DNA from: a virus
Lineage: Duplodnaviria; Heunggongvirae; Uroviricota; Caudoviricetes
Virus record (IMG/VR): IMGVR_UViG_3300025015_000015
DNA: 64,000 bases
Strand: one strand, 5' to 3'
Shown: positions 10,215 to 20,206 of the stretch, one piece after another
How the letters are laid out: each line of letters starts with the position of its first letter
Numbering within the stretch: position 1 is the first letter of the stretch
Translations under genes and position numbers: made by a program
Notes under the pieces: model-generated
The model's database searches: none
Seen by the model: the letters and a program-made list of their open reading frames with translations, nothing else
What the model was told of the DNA's origin: nothing

Positions 10215-11441
10215 ATGACCTGGCACTATGACGAAGGTTTACACTTTGATGAAAGTTTAGAGCGAACAGAAAGCCCATTTGAGGCTGATGGTGAAATTAT
10301 TACTGGAATTAGTAATACATGGGTTACTGGAGAAGATGAAGGTGTATTTACTTTAGAATGTGAAATGAATGTTATTGGGTCTGTGGCATTAAATTTTCTT
10401 CCACTTATTCCAGAAAAATTTAGATCTTCTCAAATATTAATGGATTTTGTAGATGTTGCAGAATTGGAAGTTGGATCTTGGTTAACATCAATTAGAGATA
10501 TAGTTAAATTAATTGGTCCAAATACTGTTAGTTCAATTGAATATTTAAGATATCTGGGTTCAATTATTGGTGTTAATTTTCCTCCAGAGGATAGTACATC
10601 TGAAGATGAAATGAGAAAAACTCTTACTAGTGCTATAGATTGGTATAAAGTAAAAGGAACATATAATTCCATACAAATTATAGCGTTAATTAATCAACTT
10701 ACAATTAACATTTATGATATGTACACAAATAATTATGTTGATTTTTATATGATAACATCCTGGTTTGTTGGTGAAGAAAATGAAAATCCTTCAGGTTTTG
10801 ATTCCTCCTATTATAAGAGTCCACATTTTTGTGTTGAAGTTTTATTGAACAAGGTTTATACTGGTGATTCTTCAAATTATCTTTGGAATGGAGATAAACT
10901 TGGAAATTTAATAAGCAAGGTCGAAGAAACAAGACCAGTCCACACTGTTCCGCACTACTTTATTGGGTTAAAACCAAAAACGGATGAATTTGGAAATGTA
11001 ATAGAAGTATCTGGCGAAATAAAAACTAAGATAATGTCAAATTGGAATATAACTACTAAATATTTTGATATGACTGATGCCGAAGCTTGGAATTTTGATA
11101 CAGTAGTTAATTTCGACGAATCAACTGAAACTTATATAAAATCGATTAATGTTTGGATGTTGGGAAATGGTACTGATAGTGTGGAAGATTCAGTATTTGA
11201 TATTGATCCAGTTTTAACTGGAAGTATAGATTCCAATAATATTATTATTTATCCTGATAAAATCCTTTTTGAATTTATAGTTCCAAAAGCAACAATTCAA
11301 AATGGTATAACCCAATTAGGACTGTATATACCGGGCTCATCGGATACGCTTGTTTTAGCATCAACTTTTCCTTCAATTGATCTTGATGGTACAATAAGTT
11401 TACGAGTAGTTGTGGAAGTAGCTAGGTTTAGTTTGGTATAA
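10215..11441 (+). CDS. tail fibre-associated structural protein
   Basis: Position between the receptor-binding protein and the paralogous fibre genes. Confidence 0.3.
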   Translation: MTWHYDEGLHFDESLERTESPFEADGEIITGISNTWVTGEDEGVFTLECEMNVIGSVALNFLPLIPEKFRSSQILMDFVDVAELEVGSWLTSIRDIVKLIGPNTVSSIEYLRYLGSIIGVNFPPEDSTSEDEMRKTLTSAIDWYKVKGTYNSIQIIALINQLTINIYDMYTNNYVDFYMITSWFVGEENENPSGFDSSYYKSPHFCVEVLLNKVYTGDSSNYLWNGDKLGNLISKVEETRPVHTVPHYFIGLKPKTDEFGNVIEVSGEIKTKIMSNWNITTKYFDMTDAEAWNFDTVVNFDESTETYIKSINVWMLGNGTDSVEDSVFDIDPVLTGSIDSNNIIIYPDKILFEFIVPKATIQNGITQLGLYIPGSSDTLVLASTFPSIDLDGTISLRVVVEVARFSLV

Positions 11442-11518
11442 TAAATATGAAAAAATGTATAAAATTAAGAAAGAGTAAATACTATATAAATAATAAACAT
11501 ATAAAATAAGGAGTAATT

Positions 11519-12697
11519 ATGGGCCTTGATGTTGGAAGTCAAACTGTTTCAATAATTTATCATGCAGTTGGAAGTAGTTCGGTAGTGAATTACAGAAGTA
11601 AGGGAATTATTAAAACTGGAATATATTCAGGTGGATATTTAACTATAGTAGATTCTGATCATGCTTTAGTTTCTCCATTTGTATGTGAAGTTTGTGATGC
11701 ATCTCATCAAGTAAGAGTGGAGACAACTGTTGCTGTTAATATTGCCGTTTCATCTGCTACTCCCTATATTGTTATTCGATGGTCCTATACTGGATCATCC
11801 ACTAATGACTATGCAGAAATTTTGGCTGTTGCTACACCATCTACTTATGATATTGTTATATGTAAATGTATTTTTACTGGTGGTGGAGCATTAAATGGGT
11901 TTTCCTATTCTGATACTACTTATCCAAGAGTTATTCCAAATGTATTAGACTTATACTTAAAAGTAGAACCTACTGATAATGGTGATCTTAGAGTTAGGAT
12001 TAGAGCAGGATTTATTCACACCACTACTGGGTATATTTTTGTTCCTGAACAAACATCCGATTTGTTTACTGCTCCATCAGCTAATAGTAAAATTTATTTA
12101 GTTTATGTTAATCCTACTACCGGTACTGTTGCTATCGATAGTACAGGATCGGAAGCTGTATCACCCATTGCTCCAGGATATGATGGTAATATAGTTCTTG
12201 CTGAAGTTACTCTTGCCAGCACCGATACTGCTGTAACAATTGATAAGATTAGAGATGTTAGAAATTTCATCTGTAGACCAATTGGAGTTGATGATTCAAC
12301 AATAGAATTCGTTGATGGAAAATTACAAATTAAAGCTGCTGGTGTATCTTATTCTCGTATAAAAGATGTTTATGATAGTGGGTGGTTTGCTACAACAATA
12401 GGTGCATCTTATACTAAAACTCACAGCCTTGGTAGTGTTGCCTTAATAATTGAAGTTCTCTTTGCTCCTGATTCTGGAGGAAGTCCAGATTTAACTAAGG
12501 TAACTAAAATTACAGCATGTGATTTAATGGCTGATTGGGGTAATATGGATGTTGGATGTGTTGTCCAGGAAATTACTACCACACAATTAATAGTTCTTAC
12601 AGGGGGAAGTTATGTAGCATTTAGAGTAGCTATTGGTGGAAATACTACTAAATATACATCTGGACATTATCGTATTCTGGCAACAAGAATAGCATAA
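11519..12697 (+). CDS. tail fibre / receptor-binding protein, paralogue A
   Basis: Shares the blocks SPF-x-x-x-x-x-D-x-x-x-QV-x-V, ATPY-x-V-x-RWSY, LFAPDSGGSPDLTK, YTSGHYRILA with the downstream gene; preceded by a TATAAATA box and an AAGGAG RBS. Confidence 0.45.
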   Translation: MGLDVGSQTVSIIYHAVGSSSVVNYRSKGIIKTGIYSGGYLTIVDSDHALVSPFVCEVCDASHQVRVETTVAVNIAVSSATPYIVIRWSYTGSSTNDYAEILAVATPSTYDIVICKCIFTGGGALNGFSYSDTTYPRVIPNVLDLYLKVEPTDNGDLRVRIRAGFIHTTTGYIFVPEQTSDLFTAPSANSKIYLVYVNPTTGTVAIDSTGSEAVSPIAPGYDGNIVLAEVTLASTDTAVTIDKIRDVRNFICRPIGVDDSTIEFVDGKLQIKAAGVSYSRIKDVYDSGWFATTIGASYTKTHSLGSVALIIEVLFAPDSGGSPDLTKVTKITACDLMADWGNMDVGCVVQEITTTQLIVLTGGSYVAFRVAIGGNTTKYTSGHYRILATRIA

Positions 12698-12709
12698 TTA
12701 GGAGATAAT

Positions 12710-13891
12710 ATGGGCACTACTAATCACGGAACTCAAATTGTAGCAGTTGGTTATTTTATGGATGCACTGTCAGGTAATCAAAACAAAACAACACACAATA
12801 TAATTGTTCGTGGTATATATAATGGTGGATATCTTACAAGAGTAAGTGATTCTGAAGTTACACTTTCCCCATTTACGGTGTCAATTGGTGATTCAACTTA
12901 TCAAGTGTCGGTTACTTCTTCAGCTAATGCCACAGTAAACAATACAACTCTTGATAGTGGTACTATTTCTGCAGCTACTCCATATTTGGTTATGCGTTGG
13001 TCATATGCTGCTGTTGTTAATAATTATGTTGAAATTCATGCTATTGCTAATGTTGCTGCTGCTCTTACTAATGATATCATAATTGGTAAATGTGTCTTCG
13101 CTGGAGCTACTTTAACATCGTTTGATTATAGTAATAGGACTAACCCAGTTGTTGCAAATAAGTTCTTGAAAGTTGAAGCTGAAGATACTCCTTCTATGTA
13201 TGTTAGAATTAAAGGTGGTATCGTTCAAATTGGTAGTGCATATGTTAATGTTGCGGACCAATTACTTGGTCCATTTTCTGCTCCTTCTGCTCCCAATTCA
13301 CGAATTGATTTAATTTATATAAATATTACAGGGGTTTCAAGTATTTTGGCTGGAACTGCTGCTGTAAGTCCAACTGCCCCTAGTTATGCCGGAAAGTTAG
13401 TTGTTGCTGAAATTACCATCGCAAATGGTACAGCTTCTATTACTAATAGCTTAATAAGGGATGTTAGAGCATTTTTATGCTCAAGTGTAATTCCGGATGA
13501 TTTATCACTTCAGTTTAATGCTACAAGCGGAAAGCTTGAAGTTAAAGATCCATTTAATGCTATTAAATATGACAGCGGATGGTTTACAGTAGCGAAAGCT
13601 ACTTCGTATACAAGAACACATAATCTTGGAAGTTATTTATTATCAATAATCGTTCTTTTTGCACCTGATTCAGGTGGAAGTCCGGATCTTACTAAAATAA
13701 CAGAAGTTACAAAAGATCTCATTGCAGATTGGACTAACTTTGATGTTGGTTGTTTAGTTCAGGATGTTAATACTACTCAATTATCAGTTGTTACTGGTTC
13801 TGATTATGTAGCTTTTAGAACAGTAGCTAATGGAACTACTACTAGATATACATCGGGACATTATAGAATTTTGGCTGTTAAAATTGCTTAA
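12710..13891 (+). CDS. tail fibre / receptor-binding protein, paralogue B
   Basis: Tandem paralogue of 11519-12697, same length (393 vs 392 aa) and a conserved C-terminus ...YTSGHYRILAVKIA. Confidence 0.45.
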   Translation: MGTTNHGTQIVAVGYFMDALSGNQNKTTHNIIVRGIYNGGYLTRVSDSEVTLSPFTVSIGDSTYQVSVTSSANATVNNTTLDSGTISAATPYLVMRWSYAAVVNNYVEIHAIANVAAALTNDIIIGKCVFAGATLTSFDYSNRTNPVVANKFLKVEAEDTPSMYVRIKGGIVQIGSAYVNVADQLLGPFSAPSAPNSRIDLIYINITGVSSILAGTAAVSPTAPSYAGKLVVAEITIANGTASITNSLIRDVRAFLCSSVIPDDLSLQFNATSGKLEVKDPFNAIKYDSGWFTVAKATSYTRTHNLGSYLLSIIVLFAPDSGGSPDLTKITEVTKDLIADWTNFDVGCLVQDVNTTQLSVVTGSDYVAFRTVANGTTTRYTSGHYRILAVKIA

Positions 13892-13952
13892 TTAAACACA
13901 AATTTAAATACGGTGTGTATAATAAGTATACAAGTTTAAGATAAAATATTTA

Positions 13953-14996
13953 TTGAAAGGACATTTGATGCAATACGGCAAAATGAACGTACTAATTGGT
14001 AATTCATTTGGAAGCGAAGGTAAAGGAAATGTTGCTGCATATCTTGGAAGGAAACATATAAAAGAATTAACAGTTTGTGCTTATGTTGGTGGTCCTAATT
14101 CCGGTCATCAGTTTATCGATTATAATGGTGAGGTTCAAACTGTTAAGATGTTATCAGTATGTGGAATTTTAGCTAAAAATTCCGTTATTGTATTATCTTC
14201 TGGTTGTATTATTGATGTTGCTCGTCTTGAAGAGGAAATTAAGAAGTTTGATGTTGCTGGTCGTCTTCTTATTTCTCCAACAGCAGTGATTGTTGATCAG
14301 TATTGTAAAGATTATGAAAAGGAACATTTAAGATATATTTCATCCACATTCCAGGGTACGGGTGCTGCGTTGGGTCTTAAAGCAATGAGATCTGAAAAGA
14401 TTAAGTTGGCAAAAGATATTCCATCATTAGCAAAATATATTTGTACTAATATTCCAGAAATTATTATTAGTAATTTAAATGATAATGGTACTGGTTTAAT
14501 GGAAGTTAGTCAGGGTATCCACTTGGGTATAGATTCTTCCTTTTATCCGTATTGTACTTCTAGACCAGTAAATGTTGGTCAAGCTTTTGCCTATCTTGAT
14601 ATTCCTTGTAGTTTGGTTGGAGATGTGATTGGTATAACAAGATCTTATTTTATTAGAGTTGGTAGTGTTGCGGGTGGATCATCTGGACCAATGTATGAGG
14701 ATTCCCAAGAACTTTCTTGGGAGGAAATTTCTAAGAGGATTGGTCGTGATGTTATGGAGCTTACGACTGTTACAAAGCGAGTTCGTCGTGTTTTTGAGTT
14801 TTCTAAGATAGGTTTTGAATTGGGTGTTCGAAGGAACGATATTAATACAGTATTTTTAACTTTTTGTGATTACCTTAGTGATAGCGAGAAGTTAGAAATG
14901 GAAGAATATCTTAAATCCAATAAATTTAACTTTAAGGAAATATTCTTTGTTTCAGGTTTTGGTAAATTTAGTTTAAATATTAAACAAATAAAATAA
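13953..14996 (+). CDS. purZ: adenylosuccinate synthetase family enzyme, truncated PurZ-like form (2-aminoadenylosuccinate synthase candidate)
   Basis: PurA motifs in order: P-loop GNSFGSEGKGN (PurA GTQWGDEGKGK with Asp13 replaced by Ser), GGPNSGH (PurA GGHNAGH), MEVSQGIHLGIDSSFYPYCTS (PurA [21 protein letters not shown]), RSYFIRVGS (PurA KAYSTRVGAG), TTVTKRVRR (PurA TTGRRRR). At 347 aa it lacks the PurA C-terminal region, as PurZ enzymes do. Confidence 0.6.
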   Translation: MKGHLMQYGKMNVLIGNSFGSEGKGNVAAYLGRKHIKELTVCAYVGGPNSGHQFIDYNGEVQTVKMLSVCGILAKNSVIVLSSGCIIDVARLEEEIKKFDVAGRLLISPTAVIVDQYCKDYEKEHLRYISSTFQGTGAALGLKAMRSEKIKLAKDIPSLAKYICTNIPEIIISNLNDNGTGLMEVSQGIHLGIDSSFYPYCTSRPVNVGQAFAYLDIPCSLVGDVIGITRSYFIRVGSVAGGSSGPMYEDSQELSWEEISKRIGRDVMELTTVTKRVRRVFEFSKIGFELGVRRNDINTVFLTFCDYLSDSEKLEMEEYLKSNKFNFKEIFFVSGFGKFSLNIKQIK

Positions 14997-15140
14997 TGAA
15001 AACACAAATTTGTACCAAATGTCATGAGGAAAAACCGGCTACAAATAAATTTTTTCCTATAAGAAGTGATGGAAGAAATGGTGGATTAAAGCGTTGGATT
15101 TATTGGAAGATTATTTATTATCAGCTATTAACTATTTAGA
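14997..15140 (+). pseudogene. 47-codon fragment of the HNH endonuclease N-terminal zinc-finger motif (MKTQICTKCHEEKPATNKFF...)
   Basis: Same K-x-x-ICTKC-x-x-EKP motif as the intact HNH at 48880-49629; no HNH catalytic domain follows. Confidence 0.35.
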
Positions 15141-15156
15141 AAAGATTAAATAGTAT

Positions 15157-15906
15157 ATGGGAATACTAATACCCAACGAAAAATCTTCAAGAATATCCGT
15201 TAGACATAGTATTCCATTAGCAAAGGATGTATCAGAAGTTTTAAATGGGAAACCTTGGGACGGTCATCGTTGTTTGATAATTGGAGGTGGAGCAAGTCTG
15301 GAACAAGTTCCACCTTCTATTGTTTCCGGTGAATTATCAATAGGAATCAATAAAGCATTTCAGAAGTATACCACAAAAATTAACTATTCAATGGATTCTG
15401 TATTCTACGAATTAGTAAGCAAAGTTCCAAGCAGTTACAATTCAGATCCGAATCAATATAAACTTCATGAAGATTGGATGCTTTATAAGGGAATGAAGTT
15501 ATTTTTAAGATTAAATAAGGAATATAAATTTGATCCATCAGTATTTTATATTAATTCATTAACTGACAAAAAGATATCCTACGACCTAAGAAAAGGTATT
15601 TATCCATCAAATAATTCCGGTGGTGGAGCTATTATGCTTGCCGTGGCTCTTGGGGCAAGAAAAATAGGTCTTTTGGGTTTTGATATGACGTTTCTAAGAG
15701 AAACTGGGAAAACTCATTTTCATAATGGGTATAAAAATCAAAACGTTGGTAAATTCCAAGATAAATTGGATAAGTTTAATAAGTTAATATGTGAATTGGC
15801 TCCTTTAATATATGCTGAAGGTGTTGAAGTGTATAATCTTAATTTGAACAGTAATTTAAATTGTTTTAAGAAGATTACTGTGGAAGAATTTTTTAAAATT
15901 TGTTAA
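15157..15906 (+). CDS. DUF115 / MptE-like (motility-accessory-factor-like) putative sugar transferase
   Basis: CLIIGGGASL ... GINKAF ... GGGAIMLAVALGARKIGLLGFDM pattern typical of the DUF115 Rossmann fold. Confidence 0.4.
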   Translation: MGILIPNEKSSRISVRHSIPLAKDVSEVLNGKPWDGHRCLIIGGGASLEQVPPSIVSGELSIGINKAFQKYTTKINYSMDSVFYELVSKVPSSYNSDPNQYKLHEDWMLYKGMKLFLRLNKEYKFDPSVFYINSLTDKKISYDLRKGIYPSNNSGGGAIMLAVALGARKIGLLGFDMTFLRETGKTHFHNGYKNQNVGKFQDKLDKFNKLICELAPLIYAEGVEVYNLNLNSNLNCFKKITVEEFFKIC

Positions 15907-16757
15907 TGGATTTTTCTAAGAATATGCATATACAATTCCCAATCAACAACGGACAACGCTATTACAAAATTCATTATGAGTTTGTACATAGAGTTTTTGA
16001 AGCTGGAAGTGCACAAATAGAATTAAAACAAATTCCAATGGTTAATACGTCTAATTTTAAATGTAAAATTGATGGAAAGGATGTTATTTTTTGTTTTTCA
16101 GATGATAATAACAGTTTTGGAATAAATGATCCCGAATTAAATAATATACCGGTATTTAAATTCCATTATGGACAAGGGAATTTATTTGGAAATAATGTAT
16201 TTCCGTTTTCTCCAATTAGTTTCCATAACTGGAATGAATATTATGAAATGGAAAAGGAAATAAATTATCAATGCTCAGGAGTGATATTAAATAATCAAAG
16301 AGCTTATGGTGGAGCAGTTGATAGAAGAAATAATGTTAGAGGTATTTTATTTAAAGAATTTGGAAGTAGGGTTGATTTCAGTTTAACTGATCAAAAAAGC
16401 TACTGGAGAAAAATAAATTCAGCATTAGTTTCAATACATGTTCCAGGATTTTGTAATAATATGTTGGATCGTGCTCAACTTCAGATGATGGCATTTGGAT
16501 GTTGTACAATATCCCCATATTTGTATGAAATTGTTCCATATGGTGCTGAAGATGGAAGTAAACCAATGTCATTACAACCATGGTTACACTATATTAGATG
16601 TAAAGATGATTATTCTGATCTTGTTGAAAAAATTAAATGGTGTGAATCAAACAAAAATAAATGTGTAGAAATTGGACAAAATGCAAAAAGAGCATTTCTT
16701 CACTTTCTTACTCCGTGGAATTTATGTAGAGACATAAATTCAATAGTTAATATATAA
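15906..16757 (+). CDS. hypothetical protein inside the glycan island
   Basis: ORF with ATG at 15906 overlapping the upstream stop (TAATG); no recognisable motif. Confidence 0.25.
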   Translation: MDFSKNMHIQFPINNGQRYYKIHYEFVHRVFEAGSAQIELKQIPMVNTSNFKCKIDGKDVIFCFSDDNNSFGINDPELNNIPVFKFHYGQGNLFGNNVFPFSPISFHNWNEYYEMEKEINYQCSGVILNNQRAYGGAVDRRNNVRGILFKEFGSRVDFSLTDQKSYWRKINSALVSIHVPGFCNNMLDRAQLQMMAFGCCTISPYLYEIVPYGAEDGSKPMSLQPWLHYIRCKDDYSDLVEKIKWCESNKNKCVEIGQNAKRAFLHFLTPWNLCRDINSIVNI

Positions 16758-16768
16758 AGGAAAATAAA

Positions 16769-17305
16769 TTGAAAAAATTATCCATTTTAATATGTTCTCT
16801 TCGCGAAAGGGAAAAGTCCCTTAACAAATTGTTAGAAGTTATTGAACCACAAAGGACCAGTGAAGTTGAAATTATACTTGATACCGATAATGGAGAAGTG
16901 ACTACAGGATTTAAACGTAATAGACTTCTTAATGCTGCTTTTGGAGAGTACATTTCATTTATTGATGATGATGATTTGGTATCCAATGATTACATAGTAA
17001 AAATTCTTAAAGCTATAGAAACTAGTCCTGACTGTTGTGGTATGGAAGGATTAATAACTTTTCAAAAGAAAAACATTACCCGTAAATTTATTCATACAAT
17101 ACAATGCTCAGAATGGTATGAGAAAGATCACATTTATTATAGATGTCCTAATCATCTGTCACCGGTTAAAAGAATTCATGCTCTTGCCACAAAATTTCCT
17201 GATATAACTGTCGGTGAAGATCATGATTATTCCACTAGGTTATTCCCACTTTTAAAAACAGAAGTTTATATTAATAATCCAATATATTATTATTTAACAA
17301 ATTGA
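16769..17305 (+). CDS. glycosyltransferase family 2 (GT-A fold)
   Basis: N-terminal LSILICSLRE... with a DxD-type motif FIDDDDLV. Confidence 0.55.
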   Translation: MKKLSILICSLREREKSLNKLLEVIEPQRTSEVEIILDTDNGEVTTGFKRNRLLNAAFGEYISFIDDDDLVSNDYIVKILKAIETSPDCCGMEGLITFQKKNITRKFIHTIQCSEWYEKDHIYYRCPNHLSPVKRIHALATKFPDITVGEDHDYSTRLFPLLKTEVYINNPIYYYLTN

Positions 17306-17315
17306 GGAAGGAAAG

Positions 17316-17996
17316 ATGGAAATATTGTTTAAATATCCAACAAGAGGAAGGCCACAATGGTTTAAACGAACATTGGAAATGTACTATTCATTATTAAGTG
17401 GTAAATTTAAGTACAAATTTTTGATAGCAATGGATATAGATGATGAATCAATGAATAATAATGAAATGAGGGAATTTCTTGATTCAAAATCTAATTTAAA
17501 GTATTATTATTCATATCATAAATCAAAAATTGAAGCTGTAAATAGTGGTATGGATATTTTCAGTGATTTTGATATCCTTGTTTTAGTTTCTGATGATATG
17601 ATTCCAATAGTAAAAGGATATGATCAAATAATTGTTGAAAGTATGAAAAAATATTTCCCGGATACTGATGGAGCATTACATTTCAACGATGGATTTCTTG
17701 GTAAAGACAAAACTATAACTCTAAGTATAATGGGAAGAATATTATATCAAAGAATTGGTTACATTTATCATCCTGATTATAAGAGTTTTTGGTGTGATAA
17801 TGAATTTACTGATGTTGTAACACAACTTGGAAAAGTTGTTTATTTTCCTAATGTTGTTATAAAACATGATTGGAAGGGATTTGAAAAAATAAATAAAGAT
17901 AAATTATACGTTAGAAATTCAGCAATGGGTAAAGGTGATGATGTGATATATGCAAAAAGAAGGGATTTAGGATTTCCTAAGGAAAGTATTCTATGA
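17316..17996 (+). CDS. glycosyltransferase-like protein (GT-A-like)
   Basis: Acidic motif LVLVSDDMIP after a Rossmann-like N-terminus; context. Confidence 0.3.
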   Translation: MEILFKYPTRGRPQWFKRTLEMYYSLLSGKFKYKFLIAMDIDDESMNNNEMREFLDSKSNLKYYYSYHKSKIEAVNSGMDIFSDFDILVLVSDDMIPIVKGYDQIIVESMKKYFPDTDGALHFNDGFLGKDKTITLSIMGRILYQRIGYIYHPDYKSFWCDNEFTDVVTQLGKVVYFPNVVIKHDWKGFEKINKDKLYVRNSAMGKGDDVIYAKRRDLGFPKESIL

Positions 17997-18766
17997 TTAA
18001 AAATGAAGTATTCGCAACTTGGTGCATCAGTAATAATATCGGAGATGCACTAAATGTGTGGATGATAAATAAGATATCAGGGTTTGATCCAATATATGTT
18101 GAGAAAAACGAATATTGTAATAAATATATGTGTATTGGATCAATTTTGAATTGGGCCGATAGGAATACTATTGTTTGGGGTGCGGGAATAGCCAATGCTA
18201 ATGATCCTGTTGATCCAAGAGCGGATATAAGAGCAGTTAGAGGTCCCATTAGTAGAAATAGAGCCATAGCCTGTGGAGCACAATGTCCTGAAGTATTTGG
18301 AGATCCATCTATTCTTCTTCCTAAAATGTTCAATCCAGAGGTAAAGAAGAAATATGAATTGGGAATAATACCTCACTATGTTGATCAATTTACCGTTCAT
18401 AATAGTTGGTTATCTAATTGTGGTGATATAAAAATAATAAATGTTTTTGATTCGGTTGAACAGTTTATACTACAAATAAAGTCTTGTAAAAAGATAATAT
18501 CCAGTTCTCTTCATGGATTAATTATATCCGATGCATACGGAATTCCATCAAAATGGTTCCAGGCTACAAACAAAATTGGTGGGGATGACACCAAATTTCA
18601 TGATTACTTTTTATCCGTTGGATATGAAATATACAAACCATTGAAGTTTTATGATTTGATAAATGAAAATGTTGACATTATATGTAAAGAAATAGAAGAA
18701 AGATATATAAAAATTGATCTAAAAGGATTGTTAGATGCGTGTCCTTTAATGAAAGGAATAAAATAA
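17993..18766 (+). CDS. polysaccharide pyruvyl transferase family protein
   Basis: N-terminal NNIGDAL motif (N-x-GD-x-L) typical of the PS_pyruv_trans family. Confidence 0.45.
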   Translation: MIKNEVFATWCISNNIGDALNVWMINKISGFDPIYVEKNEYCNKYMCIGSILNWADRNTIVWGAGIANANDPVDPRADIRAVRGPISRNRAIACGAQCPEVFGDPSILLPKMFNPEVKKKYELGIIPHYVDQFTVHNSWLSNCGDIKIINVFDSVEQFILQIKSCKKIISSSLHGLIISDAYGIPSKWFQATNKIGGDDTKFHDYFLSVGYEIYKPLKFYDLINENVDIICKEIEERYIKIDLKGLLDACPLMKGIK

Positions 18767-18767
18767 T

Positions 18768-19361
18768 ATGTATTCACAAAATGATGAAGAGAAGTGGATT
18801 ATGGATTTTTATGGTAGTTTTGTTGGTAAATTTCTGGATATTGGTGCTCATAATGGAATTGAGCTTAGTAATACTAGACGTCTTGTTGAATTGGGTTGGA
18901 ATGGAGTATGTATAGAACCGTCTCCAACTGTATTTGCACAACTTCTGAGGTTGTATGAACGAACTCCAACGGTAGCTGCTGTAAATTGTGCTATCGATAT
19001 TGAATCAAAGGTTAAGCTTTTTCTTGATAATGATGGAGGATATGTTTCAACTTTACTTAGAGAACATCAGATTAAAATGTCAACCCAACATGGAAGTTGT
19101 TACAGAGGAATGTATTTAAAGACTGCAACTATTAATGACATATTAGATACATTTGGTGTTAATTTTAACTTCATTAACATAGATATTGAAGGAATGGACT
19201 ATGAAATTCTTAAGACCATTCCTATCGGTTCAATGAAATCATTAAATATGATTTGTATGGAACAGTGTAATACTCAACAAGTTTTATTAGATTATGTTAG
19301 TCAATATGGATTTACCAAATTAATTGAAACAAGAGAAAATTTAATTGTTGTTAGGAAATAG
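18768..19361 (+). CDS. FkbM-family SAM methyltransferase
   Basis: FLDIGAHNGIELS motif typical of FkbM / Methyltransf_21. Confidence 0.5.
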   Translation: MYSQNDEEKWIMDFYGSFVGKFLDIGAHNGIELSNTRRLVELGWNGVCIEPSPTVFAQLLRLYERTPTVAAVNCAIDIESKVKLFLDNDGGYVSTLLREHQIKMSTQHGSCYRGMYLKTATINDILDTFGVNFNFINIDIEGMDYEILKTIPIGSMKSLNMICMEQCNTQQVLLDYVSQYGFTKLIETRENLIVVRK

Positions 19362-20193
19362 TATGAATAAAAATTTAATTTCGTATATTTTATTTGGTAG
19401 TGAACCAAGATATTGGAGTAATGTCCCGTATTTATTGGTGACCAATTCAGCAATTTATCAGGATTTTCATATGCGTTTTTATGTTCACAAAGAATCAACC
19501 GTAATTCCATGTTTTAATGTATTACAAGAAGTATCAAAGATTAATTTGAATGTTGAAATAGAAATAGTAGAGGATTCTTATGTTGGGACTAAATTAACAA
19601 CGTGGAGAGTAAAGCCATTGTGGGAAGATGATATTGATGTTCTTTTATGTAGAGATGTTGATTATGCTATAAATCTTCTTGAAAGAAAATCCGTAGAATA
19701 TTTTATTAGACAAAGTGATTGTATAGTTCATGGTATTAGAAGTTATCATTTACATACTGCTCCATATATGGCAGGTCTTTGTGGATTTAAAGTTAAAGAA
19801 GTTGCCAAGATGGTTAAACCTAAAGCATCAACGTTCTATCATTTCCTTAATTGGGGAACTAATAACGTTTCTTATTGTGCTGATTGGAGATGGGGGTGTG
19901 ATCAAGCTTTACTTAGGGACTTTTTGAATGTTGCCGGTCTTTACCCGGCAACAATGGATTGTCCACAGTATACCGCACCATTAAAAATCTATCAATTTAA
20001 TGCTAAAACTATTACTCCTAATTTGTATGATAAAATTTCAATGAGAAATTGTGATGGAAATGCCTTAGTATTTAGTAATTCAATTGCTCCAAGTTTTACC
20101 GGTCAACCTTGGTCATGTGATTCTAATAGTTTAAGGACTTTATGTGGTATGGTTAACAATGCAACTTCGGATATTGTGAAGAAATATATTTAA
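19345..20193 (+). CDS. hypothetical protein (possible nucleotide-sugar transferase)
   Basis: ORF only; sits inside the glycan island. Confidence 0.2.
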   Translation: MLLGNSMNKNLISYILFGSEPRYWSNVPYLLVTNSAIYQDFHMRFYVHKESTVIPCFNVLQEVSKINLNVEIEIVEDSYVGTKLTTWRVKPLWEDDIDVLLCRDVDYAINLLERKSVEYFIRQSDCIVHGIRSYHLHTAPYMAGLCGFKVKEVAKMVKPKASTFYHFLNWGTNNVSYCADWRWGCDQALLRDFLNVAGLYPATMDCPQYTAPLKIYQFNAKTITPNLYDKISMRNCDGNALVFSNSIAPSFTGQPWSCDSNSLRTLCGMVNNATSDIVKKYI

Positions 20194-20206
20194 TTGGAAT
20201 TAAATA

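Noticed and set aside
11441-11519. TATAAATA box before the fibre gene as evidence of a T4-type late promoter system
   Set aside because: It is the only clean instance I could find upstream of a structural gene, so I kept it as a side note rather than a feature.
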